Positions 1 to 18,845 of a stretch of 64,000 nucleotides of DNA are shown piece by piece (position 1 is the first letter of the stretch; the number at the start of each line of letters is the position of its first letter). Origin of the DNA: Paraspadella gotoi (taxonomy: Eukaryota > Animalia > Chaetognatha); NCBI GenBank assembly GCA_051294375.1, contig CM119271.1, positions 16,827,799 through 16,891,798 of the forward strand, in the 5' to 3' direction. The notes below the pieces were generated by a model that worked only from the letters and a program-made list of their open reading frames with translations, made no database searches and was not told where the DNA came from. The position numbers and the translations under genes are program-made.

Positions 1-34
<34 letters not shown>

Positions 35-421
35 ATTGCTCCGACGTCAAAAGATTGATGACGATTCTCGGCAAATTACTTTTTTTTTCTTTGAAGATGC
101 GAACGAAATGAAATATTGATCTCAGAAATAAAGTTGTAGTGTGATTGATTTACTAATTAGTTGTCTGTTTGTTTGATTGATTGATGGGTTTACGAATTTG
201 ATTGTCAGAACGATTAAGACACTGATAATAAAACTAAACAAAAGGGTTTTAAAACTGAGTGATTGATTGATTGGTTTGCAAGATAGCAAGTTTCATTGTC
301 AGATACACTGATACACTGATAATAAAACTCGTTACAAAGTTTGTGAAACTAATGAGTTAATGATTGATTGATTGATTGGTTACTAAATTAATTTTTAATC
401 TATTTATCGATCAATTTTTAC

Positions 422-506
422 CTATAAACATTTTTCCAGGATCATTTGGAACCTCTTCGTTGTTGTTGTTGGTGACCAAAGTTGCAAGAGTCGCCAAGGC
501 GTCCAT
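422..506 (-). CDS. msi: First coding exon of a Musashi/Rbp6-family RNA-binding protein; gene continues beyond the left edge
   Basis: Translates MDALATLATLVTNNNNEEVPNDPGKMFI(G). DPGKMFIG is the start of Musashi RRM1 (RNP2, normally followed by GLSWQT). Start context AAAG-ATG-G; phase-1 donor ATAG|gtaaaa at 421-420. Family call is from recall, not a search. Confidence 0.82.
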
Positions 507-1184
507 CTTTGTCGTCGTTGTTGTTGTTGTTGTTTTTAAAATTCCCTTTGGATTTTTTCCAAAAATGAGAAGAAATTCGCGTTTGAAGAAAACGTAACTT
601 CGGTTTAGTTTTTTTTTATGCTTTTTTTTTGTTTTGTTTTGCAAAAGTTTTTGTTTGTGTTTTTTATTTTTTCAAATGAGTAAAAATGCTTTTTTTTTTA
701 ACTACGTCGAACGGTTGAGAGCTGAGCTAGATTTAGTAATCTCTGTATTTCGGAGCTACAGGCTACAAGCTAAAAAATATATAAGTAGCGCGTCGAGTCA
801 ATCCAGGACAGCGTGTGGAGGGGGGATTGACTGTCTCTGTCTGTCTCTCTCTCCTCGGGACAGAAGAGAGGGAGTTATTTTGTTTTCTATCCCTGGAGGA
901 GAAAAAAGAAGACAAGAAAATGACTGGATTGATGGATATCAGATAAATGGGGGCAGCGCAGGGATTTGATGGTGAACGATCTGGGATGTGAGGGTCTGAG
1001 TCAATCCCAATTGTAAAAAAGATTAAAAAATGAAGATTGTTTCAATGAAATTTAAAAAAAAAAAGAGAAAACAATTTTTGATCGAAAATCGTGGAGTACA
1101 CACGTCCCAATTTTTGCCTTTTTTTTAAATTTTGAATTTAAACAATGAAAGAAAGATTAATCCGAAGGGGGCGAGAGCGGGCGG

Positions 1185-1246
<62 letters not shown>

Positions 1247-1339
1247 GATATGTAACAAACAAAATCGTTACAGTAAAGTGAAAGTAAAACAAATTTTTTT
1301 TACCCAAAACCCAGAATATTTATAAGACGAATAAAAAGA

Positions 1340-2146
1340 AAACAAGTTTGATCAAACAATGTCGGATCTGCCCACGATCATTATCGGTAATTAATTAATT
1401 AATAATTAATTCAGGTTAATTGATTATTTATTAATTATTAATTAATTAATTCAAGTGAATTATTTAATTAATTAGGCAATTTAATCCGAAATGTTTGTTT
1501 TGATTGATTAATTGATGGATTAATTAATTATTTATTAATTAATAGTCTAATTAATTAATTAACTGATTATTATTATTTGATTAATTTATACATCTGGCAT
1601 TTACATTTAAAATAAAAAGAAAAAGAAGCATAATCAATTAGTGAAACAGGTTCTTTGTTTTTTCCATTTAAACTCATTTCCACTCAAACGATTCCATCAA
1701 AACTTGATTTCCAGTTTAATCACACACTTTTCTACCCAAATACAAAATTTCAAGTCAATCGCCCCATCCACTCATGAGTAATTGGTGTTCAAATAGTGAA
1801 ATATATTTTTTTTGTTTTTCCCATTTAAACTCATTTTCACTTGGACGATTCCATCGAAACTTAATATCCAGCTCAATCACACCCTACCCACACACAAAAT
1901 TTCATTCCAATCCATCCATCCAATCACGAGTAATTTGTGTTTTTTGCTAAGGTGGGACGGACGGACGGATGGACGGACGGACAGTCGGACGGACGGACGG
2001 ACATCTTTTTTTTTGCATAATTTATCATAATTCGATGTTCTGACATGATATAAGTGAATGCCCGACAAGATTGAGGGGGCGGACCTACGGACCGACAAAG
2101 TGAATTATAGAGTCGGGATCTGCTGATAAGCAGAACCGACTAAAAA
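1340..2146 (-). mobile_element. DINE-1/HINE-like non-autonomous Helentron-type element, copy 1
   Basis: Subterminal inverted repeats TGTCGGATCTGC (1360-1371) and GCAGAACCGACT (2130-2141), the latter also closing a hairpin with AGTCGGGATCTGC (2111-2123). (GGAC)n tract at about 1955-2003 and an internal duplication (about 1640-1810 vs 1810-1945). The core recurs at 44.5, 59.3 and 62.0 kb. Confidence 0.7.
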
Positions 2147-2582
2147 TCATTTATATTTATACATTATTATAATTATATTATGAAGTGAGATATTCTGAAT
2201 CTGGTATCTTTGTAATAATCCTCGTCAACTGTATATTTTTCAATATGAATCTTTTCGGCCCCCAAAAGTTTTCGCTTTTAAACAATAAGATCGAAAAGCG
2301 AAAAATGAGAAGGAAAAAATTTATATTCTTTTTTTCATAATAATAAAAAACAATGAATGTTCGAGAGAATGACTTTGACGTCAGCGTAACAAAAAAAGAA
2401 CAAAATAAAAGAACAAATAAAAAAATGTGTTTAACATAAATTTGATTCCTTTCATTTCAAAGTCAGATAGTTGTTACTCGTTAATTATTTTTAACGAAAA
2501 AACAAAAAACTAACATTATTTTTTAGGAACTTAAAAAACGCCCTAGTTTTTATTTTTTTTTAGAATGAGATGTATGTTAGTT

Positions 2583-2639
<57 letters not shown>

Positions 2640-2916
2640 CTGTCGCTCTCTTACTCTCAAGTCGTGTTTTTTACTTCTTTTGAAAAGAGAATTTTATTAG
2701 CTAGTATAATTCTTTTTATTTGCCTTTCACGTAACTTTTTTCTACTCTCTCTCTCTCTCTCCTGCTTTAGAATTTTAAGCTCCTTTTCTATTGTGGCGTT
2801 TCTTTCTCTCTCTTTTTCTTTCTCTCTCCCAGTATTTGCACTCCTCGTCTCTTTTTACTCCGATGCTAAAAATCAGCAGACTTCCCCCCCCNNNNNNNNN
2901 NNNNNNNNNNNNNNNN

Positions 2917-4196
2917 CTTTCTTTTTAAAGAGATGAGAGAGAAGAGCAGATGAGACGAGAGAGATGAGAGGAGGAGAGAAGTGGAGAGAGAGAGAGAGAG
3001 TCAGAAAGAATCATTTTAGATTTTTTCTTTCTTCAAGTAGGAATTTCCTCTTTCTTTTAATTATTTTTCTTTCTTTCTTTTCTTCTTTTCCTTGCTTTGT
3101 TTTTTTTCAACTTTCTTAAAAATTTCGTTCTAAATTTTTTACGTTATTTTAAAAATTTAAACCTTTAAATTTTTTTGGATTTAAGCTTTCTTATAAAACT
3201 ATAGGATTATATTATTCTTAATGGTTTATATTTTAATGTTTTTCGTTTTCTTTCTCGCGTGCGTTTTAAGGGGGACCAAGACTATGGGGGTAAAAACCTG
3301 AAAGCATAACGTTTGACCCTTTAACTTAAGCTGGTTCTGACCATTTAATTTTTATAATCATTTGGGAAGTAATTAAAAAATTCGATTATAAATCAGCTAG
3401 CTTAATTTTCTTTAAAAAATCGGTAAGAAAGAAAATCTTTTTTCAAGTTTTATAAATTTTTTTTTCCAAAAAAGGGTTAAGATTAATTTTAAAAGATTTT
3501 TCAGCTTTTATCAACAAAAAAAAAGATGAATCAAAATTAAGGGGATTGACTGATTTATTTAAATTTCCTTTTCATAATGTTCTGTTAATTGGATAAAAAT
3601 AAAACTCTTTGAAATAATATATAAATAAAAAGAAAAAAAAGATCTGTACTTTTGCTATAATTTTTTAATTGGTTAAAATTAGGAATCAATATAATTAATA
3701 ATACATTTTAACGTAAGCAATATTAATTCAGGTTTTATTTTTTGCCTTTTAAGGTAAAATATAAAAAAAAAATATTAGTCTTATAAAGCCTTTGTACAAT
3801 AAGGCTTAAACCTAAAATTGTAGCTTTCGTACAAGTAATATAATAAAAATTAAAATTTAGTATAATAAAAATGTTTAATTACAAAATAAATAATAGATTA
3901 TATAAATATTTAGTAGGGTTCAACTAAATTTTTTTAAACATTATTAAATTTTTTATATCCGCCTACAATTAAAAGGATATAGTTTTTTCCACCACTTGTG
4001 GATAAGGCGCTTACGTGGGCTGAAGATGACTGTCCGTAACTTCTATAACCCTGTACATAAAAAATTAATGATTATTACCATTCAAATTCCTTTGATGATA
4101 GACCCTTAAACTTATGAATATCATTTTATATCAATGGTCCCCTTAAAAGGAATGCTGTCCTACGACAGACAGACAGACTGGTATAAAACTTGAATA

Positions 4197-4248
<52 letters not shown>

Positions 4249-7200
4249 TCTGTGGGTATAGTACTAAGTCGTTGGACCAGTTTATCCGCATTTTCATTCG
4301 ATCAAGTTTCCGTCTTCCGTTTTCGGGACCCAGTTTGTCGTCTCTTCTCTCTCTCCAATCTCGTCCCGTTCCTGAGCTTCTTCTTTCTTCTTTAGGATTT
4401 CTATCCAGAAACGGAGCACAAACAATAGAAAACCAAATACAGAGAAAAGAAAATAAAGGTTTATGAAAAGAGTTGTTGGCCAAATGTATACATGCAGTCT
4501 TGCAGAATGATGAGCAAAAGGGAAAACGGAGTTAACAAAAGTTAGTTGTTAAAATAAATGTGGAGGTTTACAAATTATTAAGACGAACATTTAGGCAAAG
4601 ACGTTGTTAAATATTAAATAAAGTAAACTGGATAACTTTGAAAAATAATGAATTATCTCGGGAAAAAAATACGTAAATAAGAGATTTTAGTTTGAAGTCA
4701 ATTTAGAGTATTTTTTGAACGAATCCTTGTTTGAAAAAATGATCAAACGTTGAAGAGTTAATAATCCATTGTCAATACTTAATTTATTTAATTATTTATT
4801 ATCGCCAAATTTTCGTTTAGCTATAAAAAATTCATTTGTTGGTTTGGCGAAAAAAAAAATGCAGGGTACATTTTAATCGGTAGTAAAGATGTTATCCCCC
4901 GTAGAAGATAATCAGTTCTTCTCTCTCTCTCTCACGTGTATTCACCAGCCATGCCCTTTCACAGTCGATCCCCCGACGACTAATTGTTTGAAAAGGGTGT
5001 CGATCCAGTAAGAGAGAAAAAAATTCCGTAAGGACGTAAGAGAAAAGAGAGAGTAGATTGAGAGAATAGAGAGAGAGAGAGAGAAAATGCGCAATAAGTT
5101 ATAATATTCGTCATGTTGTAACGAAAGACTATAAATTAACTGAGACGAGAGAAGCTCCGTCTCTCTTCTCTCGGAGAATATTAATGTAATTAAAGAGATT
5201 TAGTTTTGAAGTCCAATTTATTTTGTTTGGGAACGAATCCTGTTGAAAAAAATTATCAAAAGTGGTTTGAGGAAGAGTTAATAATCCATCCTCAATATTA
5301 ATTATTTAATTATTTATTATCGCAACATTTTCCGTTAGCTTAAAGATTCATTTGTGGTTGTGCGAAAAAATGCAGGTTATCATTTTAATCTGTTAGTAAA
5401 ATCCACCCCGTAGGAATAATCATGTTCTCTTCTCTCTCTTCTCTCTCTCACGCCTGTATTCACAGCCGTGCCCTTTCACAGTTCGATTCCCCCGAACCGA
5501 CCCACGTTGTGAACAGGGTCTTTCGAGATAAATGAAAAAAAAATTCCCGTAAGGACGTAAGAGAAAAAAGATGAGAGATTGAGAGGAGTAGAGAGATAAT
5601 ACGCGCCATATAAGTATAATATTCGTCATCTTAACGAAAGACTAAATAATGAGACAAGAGAACGTCTTCTCTCTCTTTCTCTTCTCTCTCTCTCTCTCTC
5701 CATTATTAAAACGGGAATAGATAATATTAATAATAATTTTTTATTTAAACATTTCGTCGTTTCTCTTCTAAACTTCAAACCACACCAAAGGAGCGGCGGA
5801 ACAATTTCCCGCCGTGGACGACTTCACGACGATTACGACGACAAACGAAGACGATGACGACGACATGACGACCGACGAAGATGACGAAACTTAAAAGAAA
5901 AAACTTTTTGTGGGTCTTTTTAATTCGTTCATTCAGTAGGGTTCGAAGGCAGTTTATTTTTTTCAAGGTTGTATTTGAAACTAACTAACCCTTGACTGAG
6001 GTCTTCCTCTGTCTGTTATTTTTATCGAATATATATTACTTTTTTTAAGTTTCATTTAATTATAGGTTAGAGTTAGTTAAAGTGGTTATAGCGTTAAGGG
6101 TTATGGGTGATTTATATTAGATAAGTTAGAGTTAAGGGTTAGGGCCTGGTTGAAGTAAGGTGTTATTAAGTTAAGCAGTAGTTTAAGGGTTAGGGGAGGT
6201 TAGTGTTAGTTAGGATAGTACTTATGATTAATACCTTATTTTTTTCCAAATTTTTTATTTTATTAGTATTATTTTCATGTTTAAATTTTTTTTAAATATT
6301 TCGTTAAAAAGCAAAAAAAATATTAAGGTTGAAAGGTTAAAAAGTTGCATCAAATGTTTGCAAGGATAGGGCTCACCAGTTTTGGATCTGACTTATTAAT
6401 TTTAGAGAGGAGAAATATGGTTTTTTGAAAGAACATATAATGAGCAAAATTAGTAAGAGAATAATGCCGAAAACGCTAAACAATCAATAGCAAAAAAGAT
6501 AAGTTAATCTGACCTTGTGTGAATGTCAGTTATAACTTGGTTAAGGTCAGTCAATCTGTCATGCCATCATTATTGTTGTGCTGTTGCTTTAAAATATTAT
6601 TTAACATTTTTTATTTTAAATATTATTTTCAATTATTAATAATTAATCTTATTTGATTTAATTATTAAAATAATAATTAACCGAGGTTTTAACAATTGTC
6701 GATCCCTATCGCGAAAAAAAATAAAAAGAAGGTCGATCCAGATGAGGAAAGCGACTGCTTCTAAGGTGCGCTGCCTCAAAAGTTTTCGGTTCGTTTTAAC
6801 CCGCGGCGATGTGCTGCTTTGCTCCCTGCCTGATTAATTAACATACACGTGAGAATATCCAGAAATGAAATTGTTTCTTTTCTTCGTTATTTTTTTCTGT
6901 TGTAATAAAAAAATTTCAAATTAAATAAAAAAACATCAGGATACCGTGACGCCAGTTGATGGGATTTTGATGGTTTTACTGTAAGTTTATTGTGTAGAAA
7001 AGAGTAAAAACAGAAAGATAAGTAAAACTGAGAGGAATATTTTCTTTTTTACCGGAATTTCTGGGAAACTTCGAATGTTTTGTTTATGCGATGACGGGAC
7101 AAAGGCCAAGAGAGAGAGAAGAGGTGCCCCCCCCCAGGAGACAGCGCAGTCTTTAAAAAGCCGCTTTCCCCCTTATGCAAAGGGGGTTCTCTCATGAAAG

Positions 7201-7516
7201 ATTTCCTTTGCCCTCTTCTTTCTCTTCCTCCTCCTCCTCTCTCCTCCTCTGCTTTCTGATATAAAAAGAGAAGCTGCGCATTTTCTATTTATATTTATTC
7301 ATTATTAATTTTTATTAAATAACACAAATGTCAGTCATTTTATTTCATTATATTCATTTCAATTCAATAATAAACTTTATTTAATTTTCCTTTCAGTTAT
7401 TTTTCATAACTAGTTTTTTATACTTTTAATAACTTTTTCATTAGTCTCCTTGTTCTTTATTTATTATTATTTCACTTTAATTGCATTTATCAATATATTT
7501 TCATCCTTCAACAATT

Positions 7517-7556
<40 letters not shown>

Positions 7557-9837
7557 TTCTTTTCATCCATTCAATTCAAAGTCTTTATTCCTTTTTTCTA
7601 TATTTTTTTCTTCTTCTTGTTGATATTCCCCTTCCTTTATTTCTGTCCAATAATAAATTTTTTCCAACTTTACTTTTTTTTTAGTTTTTTACTATTTCCC
7701 GGATGTTTCTTATGTAACTCTACAACTATATATACTTGGAGCGGGCAGCGCTGCCTCGGCGACTGTTCGACTGAAACCGCTCCTGCCCACCCGAGCTGCT
7801 GCGGGCCAAGGGATCGAAAAATCCAGCCGCCGCGGCTGCGCGCTGACGCTACGGCTGCCGCTCGAGAAGAGATGTTGTCCATCTTTTTAAGGAAGAGACC
7901 CGGCTGTAGGAGAAAAGGGAGGAATAAGTAGCGAGGAAAAGGAAAACTGCGCCGCAATTAATTTTAAAAATGTAGATAAATATAATTAATTATTACATTA
8001 ATTATATTATTTTTTAAAAGATTTATTATGTTTATAAATGTAAAATTATATTATAAATATTTCTTCAAAAAGTCTTTGTTCTAGTATCGTTTCGCCTCAC
8101 TTAATCTGAAATTACTTGCTGAATGATAATGCATATTATACGACGACATGTTGTGTACATTCCTTATAAAACGTGTCCATTCATTTCAATAAATAAACCT
8201 ATCACTAATCATTTTTGAACAAATTAAATTATACGACATACTCACTTTACCAAATCTTATTTAGCTGCGATTTACCACTTTGCTATTTTGTTGTTTGGAT
8301 ACCAACTTTACGGGAAAATAAATTGTAAAATACTATATATATATAGTATATTCATATATATAATGTAACAAAAAACTAATATTGATTACAGTTAAAATTA
8401 TCTTCCCCCCCCCCCCCAAAAAAAAAAAACTGAAAAAAGAGAAACGACTTTGACCTTTGGACAAGATTTCATTTCAATAGGCGAAAGCTTCTTCTCAGGG
8501 CATCCAAGCAGCTTTCTTCCTGGGACTTGCGTTCTACCTTCATGCCCACCAAGCAGCTTTCTTCACCGAACTTTGCTTCCTTCTTTCGACATCAAAGCAG
8601 CTTTTCCCGATTGTTTTCTTTTCCGCCGGATCGAGAAACTCCCATTCTCTTCCCGCCTTCGTTGATACGGAATGTTTGACCCTGAAAAAAATATAATTCG
8701 TGATTTTAAAAAAAGAGACAGAGAATTCTGTCGGCCACAATTTCCTAAATGCTCCTTTTGGGTTCTTAAGTTCCTTGAACTTTTTTGTTACTTAAGATAT
8801 TTTTAACCTTTAAAACTTTTACGGAATACTTAACTGCCAAAACCTAAATCTTTATCGACTTAATGAATTATTAACTCAAAGAGAACACAAAAGAAGCATT
8901 TTAGGAAAATTGTGCCGATTAATCCGTTATTTTATTTTCTCAACCTTTAACTAAAAATTCTTAATCCTAACCCTGATTGCCCATAAGTATATCCCGAACT
9001 TTAATTCTTTAACCTAACTGTTAAAACTAAGTTAAATTATAACCTGAAAATTGGGAGTTATATGTGCCGAGGTTTATATACTGAAAGATACCTAAAATCG
9101 GATTTAAAACAATCGGTGGCTCGTTTCGTTTTTCGGCCGCTTATGATGAACAGTCTCGATTTACGAACTTCCATTTTCCTTTTTTTGACGAATATCTCTT
9201 CTCCATTTGCCGAATTCGGCAAAATTTTTTTGTACAAAAACTCGCTTGATTAAAATAGGATTTATTGAGTCATCAGTTAAATCGATGTAACAATAGCCAC
9301 GGAACTGAGACACCTCAAAACCTTGCCGGAGTACATAGATTCACCGAACGAACACAGATCTCACTGACGCCACCTAGCCCACCACTCTGTTCTATCTAAT
9401 CCCGATCGAAATGCTTATGCGCTCTGCTCTCTACTAACTTCTCTCTCTCTCTTCTATCTCTCCCTCTCTCTCTCTCTTCTCTCTCTCACTTCTCTCTCTC
9501 TCTCTCTCTCTCCCGCTGCTGCATCCAAATTCATTACTGGCTGCATCCTTAAAGAATAACTTTTTGCCGCCCTTTGTTCCTTTTTCTTTCTTTAAAATTG
9601 TTTCTTTCGTTTCTTTGTTTCTTTTTTTTTTCGTTTTCTTCTTTCTTTATTTATTTCAAATTCTTTTCTTTCTTTCTTATTTTCTTTCTTTCTTTTCTTT
9701 CTTTCTTTCTTTCTTTCTTATCTCTCTCTTTCCTCTCACCAACCTTTAGATATATCTTTCTTTTTTTTTTTTTCTAATCCTTTTTTTTTTCTTCTTCTCG
9801 CTCTTCGCTTTTCTTTCTTTCTTTTTGCTTTCTGTCC

Positions 9838-9868
<31 letters not shown>

Positions 9869-10132
9869 CAACTTCCTTTTTCTTTCTTTCTTTCCTTTTC
9901 TTTCCTTTTTTCTTTCACTCTATCTTTTCTACCTACCTTATTCTTTTCGTTTCTCTTCTGTTTCTAATTATCCATCCTTCTTCCTTCCGGGGCTTTCTAT
10001 CTTTCTTTGTTCTTATTTTTATTTAAAAGTTTTTTGAGAGTCATTCTATGCGCTTCTTGTTAATTTTTTTAGGATGAGGATGGAGAGAGAGAGAGGGAGA
10101 GAGAGAGAGAGAGGAGAAGAGGAGAGATACGA

Positions 10133-10175
<43 letters not shown>

Positions 10176-11488
10176 TGATTGGAAAGTCAGCCAGAGTGTC
10201 TCGATATTCGTTGAACGTGACTTCGCCATCGTTAATCCAAAAATCGCGAGGAAAAAAAAGAAGAAGAAGAAAATGAAGATGTTGATTAATTAATTCAATT
10301 CAAATCAATTCGATCTTATATTTTGATTATTCATTCAACAATCAATTCACGCCAATCCAAAACAATTCAAAAATGAAAATTTTTTTAACGATTTACAATA
10401 AATTAAATCAATGAAACAATAATTGAAAATTATTCAATCAATCAATCCATAATTTAATCATCAGTCAATCAATCAATTATCAAAACTCAATTTCACAAGA
10501 TTTTAAAAATCTAAGATGAAAATGATTTTGTTTGTACGAATATTTTTCAAACTTATTTTAAAGCGAAAACCTTTAGGGCCCACTATTCATTTACTATGTT
10601 TTTTTTAAAGAAAAACCCCGCCCGTGTTGTGAAGAAATAATATATGTATAAAATTTTCACATTAAGTTTTTTTTTTCCGTCTCCAAGCGCGTACATTGAA
10701 GCCTTGACGTTAACTCATTGAAGTGATTGCAAAACTCACTTAGTGTTGTTTGAATTGTGAACTTTGTATTTTTCCTTAGGCAGCTACTATCTGTTTTTTT
10801 GAGTTCTGCAATTTCTTGGCCCGGAATATGAAGCGCGTCGGCGGTTTACTACGACAAGCAGAAACGTACAGTAGTTAAAAGTGCCGGGAGATTCAGAACT
10901 GCCCGAGTGATCGGAATTGCCAAAGCGCCGAGGGATCCGGTAATTGCCACAGCTGCACTCAAATATCACGAATGCAGGATATCCGCTATGCCAGAGTTTC
11001 CGAACACCAATGATTCATAAATTGAAATCTTCCCATTAATTTATAACTGCTTTTGCGACAGCTTGTCGTCATATCATCTGTTTATCTTATCATTACTCCG
11101 GTTCATACTCGACTGTGGGTCTTTATTCGATTATATATAAAATTTAGAATGTTTGGTAGAGCGAAGCCCCATGAAAAAAATTATAATGCGCCTCATCCCA
11201 CAATAAGCGAACATCCATCTTAACTTAGGTCCTCTCCTCACTATGCGCTATCGTCTTATATGATTCACTTAACGTTGACTTCCTTATCTCTCTATCTCAG
11301 TTGCGAGACAGTGTAGTTCGGAAATTCTCCAAGCTATCGGAGAAATTTCTTAGATTTAGATTTTTAGTGCCGGATTCGGATTGGAAGCTGTTTCACGACA
11401 CAAAGAACGAAAGTGAATATTATGTGAGGGAACAGATAGGAGAGTACTAATTATAGAGAGAACACGCTGTTCCGTGTAATTCTCTCTC

Positions 11489-11489
<1 letters not shown>
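2917..11489 (+). repeat. Indel-rich duplicate (copy A) of about 11490-19330; probable assembly artefact
   Basis: Colinear with the sequence starting at 11490 and differing mostly by scattered 1-2 bp indels. Quality collapses at about 9270-9430 and 11050-11489. Starts right after a 25-N gap (2892-2916). Confidence 0.9.
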
Positions 11490-11524
<35 letters not shown>

Positions 11525-12673
11525 AAGAATCAATTTTTAGATTTTTTCTTTCTTCAAGTAGGAATTTCCTTTTTCTTTTCTTAAATTTTTTTCTTTCTTT
11601 CTTTTCTTTCTTTTTCCTTTGCTTTGTTTTTTTTTCAACTTTCTTTAAAAATTTCGTTCTAAATTTTTTACGTTTATTTTAAAAATTTAAACCTTTAAAT
11701 TTTTTTGGAAAATGCTTTCTTTAAAACTATTAGTATATATTATTCTTAATGGTTATAATTTTAATTGTTCTTTCGTTTTCTTTCTCGCGTGCGTTTTAAG
11801 GGGACCAAGTGACTATGGGGGGTAAAAACCTGAAAGCATAACGTTTGACCCTTTAACTTAAGCTGGTTCTGACCATTTAATTTTTTTTATAATCATTTGG
11901 GAAAGTAATTAAAAAATTCGATATAATCAGTAAGAAGAAAATCTTTTTCAAGTTTTAAATTTTTTTTTTCCAAAAAAGGGTAAGATCTAATTTTAAAAAG
12001 ATTTTCAGCTTTATCACAAAAAAAAAGATGAATCAAAATTAAGGGGATTGACTGATTTTATTAAATTTCCTTTTCAAATGTGTTAATTGGATAAAAATAA
12101 AACTCTTTGAAATAATATAAATATAAAAAGAAAAAAAAGATTCTGTACTTTTGCTAAATTTTTAATTGTTAAAATTAGGAATCAATATAATTTAATAATA
12201 CATTTAGTAAGAAATATAATCAGGTTTTATTTTTTGTGCTTTTAAGTAAATATAAAAAAAAAAATATAGTCTTATAAAGCCTTTGTACAATAAGGCTTAA
12301 ACCTAAAATTGTAGCTTCGTACAGTAAATAATAAAAATTAAAATTTAGTAAAAAATTGTTTTATAAAAAATAAAATATAGATTATATAAATATTTAGGTA
12401 GGGTCAACTAAATTTTTTTTTAAATTATTAAATTTTTATATCCGCTAACAATAAAAGATATAAGTTTTTTCACCACTTGTGGATAAGGCGCTACGTGGCT
12501 GAAGATGACTGTCCGTAACTTCTATAACCCTGTACATAAAAAAATTAATGATCTATTACCATTCAAATTCCTTTGATGTAGACCCTTAAACTTATGATAT
12601 CATTTTTATCAATGGGTCCCCTTAAAAGGAATGCTGTCCTACGACAGACAGACAGACTGGTATATCTTGAATA

Positions 12674-12721
<48 letters not shown>

Positions 12722-13119
12722 GGGTAAGTACTAAGTCGTTGGACCAGTTTATCCCGATTTCATTCGATCAAGTTTCCGCTTTCCGTTTTCGGGACCCAGT
12801 TTTCGTCTCTCTCTCTCTCAATCTCGTCCCGTTTCCTGAGCTTCTTCTTTCTTCTTTAGGATTTCTATCCAAGAAACGGAGACAAAACAATAGAAAACAA
12901 ATACAGAGACAAAGAAAATAAAGGTTTATGAAAAGAGTAGTTGGCCAAATGTATACATGCAGTCTTGCAGAATGATGAGCAAAAGGGAAAACGGAGTTAA
13001 GCAAAAGTTGTGTTAAAATAAATTGGAGTTTACAAATTATTAAAGACGAACATTTAGGCAAAGACGTTGTAAAATATATAAAATAAAGTAAACTGGATAA
13101 CTTTGAATAATAATGAATA

Positions 13120-13497
13120 TCTCGGAAAATACGTAAATTAAGAGATTTTAGTTTGAAGTCAATTTAGATTTTTTGAACGAATCCTGTTGAAAAATGATCA
13201 AACGTGGTTGAAGAGTTAATAATCCATTGTCAATATTAATTTATTTAATTATTTATTATCGCAAATTGTTCGTAGCTTAAAAAATTCATTTGTTGGTTGG
13301 CGAAAAAAAAAATGCAGGTACATTTTAATCGGTAGTAAAATTATCCCCCGTAGAAATAATCAGTTCTCTCTCTCTCTCTCACGCTGTATTCACAGCCATG
13401 CCCTTTCACAGTCGATCCCCCGACGACTAACGTTGTGAACAGGGTTTCGATCCAGTAAGAGAGAAAAAAAATTCCGTAAGGACGTAAGAGAAAAAGA

Positions 13498-13529
<32 letters not shown>

Positions 13530-13850
13530 AAATATGCGCAATAAGTTATAATATTCGTCATTGTAACGAAAGACTAAATAATGAGACAGAGAGAACGTCT
13601 CTCTCTCTCTCTCGGAAAATACGTAAATTAAGAGATTTTAGTTTGAAGTCAATTTAGATTTTTTGAACGAATCCTGTTGAAAAATTATCAAAAGTGGTTG
13701 AAGAGTTAATAATCCATCGTCAATATTAATTTATTTAATTATTTATTATCGCAAATTTTCCGTAGCTTAAAAATTTCATTTGTTGGTTGGCGAAAAAAAA
13801 TGCAGGTATATTTTAATCGGTAGTAAAATTATCCCCCGTAGAAATAATCA

Positions 13851-13886
<36 letters not shown>

Positions 13887-13986
13887 GCTGTATTCACAGC
13901 CGTGCCCTTTCACAGTCGATCCCCCGACGACCCACGTTGTGAACAGGGTTTCGAGATAGAAAAAAAATTCCGTAAGGACGTAAGAG

Positions 13987-14022
<36 letters not shown>

Positions 14023-14100
14023 TACGCGCAATAAGTTATAATATTCGTCATCGTAACGAAAGACTAAATAATGAGACAGAGAGAACGTCTTCTCTCTCTT
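13120..14100 (+). repeat. About 490-bp tandem duplication (2 units)
   Basis: TCTCGGAAAATACGTAAATTAAGAGATTTTAG begins units at about 13120 and 13611. The units differ by substitutions, and both units also appear in copy A (about 4657 and 5170). Confidence 0.85.
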
Positions 14101-15070
14101 TCTCTTCTCTCTCTCTCTCTCTCCATTTAAAACGGGAATAGCATAATATTAATAATATTTTTTTAAAATTTCGTCGTTTCTCTTCTACTTCAAACCAAAC
14201 CAAAGGAGCGGCGGAACAATTTCCCGCCGTGACGACGACGACGATGACGACGACAACGAAGACGGATGACGACTACGATGACGACGACGAAGATGACGAA
14301 ACTTAAAAGAAAACTTTTTGTGGTCTTTTTTTATTCGTTCATTCAGTAAGGGTCGAAGGAGTTTATTTTTCAAGTTGTATTGAAACTAACTAACCTTGAC
14401 TGGAGCTTACCTTGTCTGTTATTTTTTTATTCGAATATATTATTACTTTTTTAAGTTCATAATTATAGGTAGAGGTAGTTAAAGGTGGTTATAGGTTAAG
14501 GGTTATGGGTGATTTATATTTAGATAGTTAGGATTAAGGGTTAGGGCTGGTTGAAGTAAGGTGTTATTAAGGTTAAGAGTAGTTAAGGGTTAGGGGAGGT
14601 TAGGTGTAGGTTAGGAGTACTTAGAATTAATACTTATTTTTTCCAAATTTTATATTTTTATTAGTATTATTTTCATGTTATAAATTTTTTTTAAATTATT
14701 CGTAAAAAAAAAAAAGGTTGAAAAGGTTAAAAAGGTTGCATCAAATGTTGCAAGATAGGCTCACCAGTTTTGGATCTGACTTTATTAATTTTTAGAGAGA
14801 GAAATATGGTTTTTGGATAAGACATATAATGAGCAAAATTAGTAAGAGAATAATGGAAAACGCTAAACAATCAATAGCAAAAAGATAAGTTAATCTGACC
14901 TTGGTTAAATGTCAGTTATAACTTGGTTAAGGTCAGTCAAATTGTCATGGTCATTATTGTTGTTGTTGCTTTAAAATATTTTAACATTTTTTATTTTAAA
15001 TATTATTTTCAATTATTAAATAATTAATCTATATTTTGATTTAATTATAAAATAATAATTAACCGAGGTT

Positions 15071-18845
<3,775 letters not shown>

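Noticed and set aside
9270-9430. Sequence unique to copy A, suggesting an insertion
   Set aside because: Lies in an error-rich copy beside a (CT)n tract with no TSD or recognisable ends; likely low-quality read sequence.
12480-12640. Two small minus-strand exon-like blocks separated by a 30-nt GT-AG segment (12530-12559)
   Set aside because: The upstream block has stops in all three frames and no homology; cannot be supported without transcripts.
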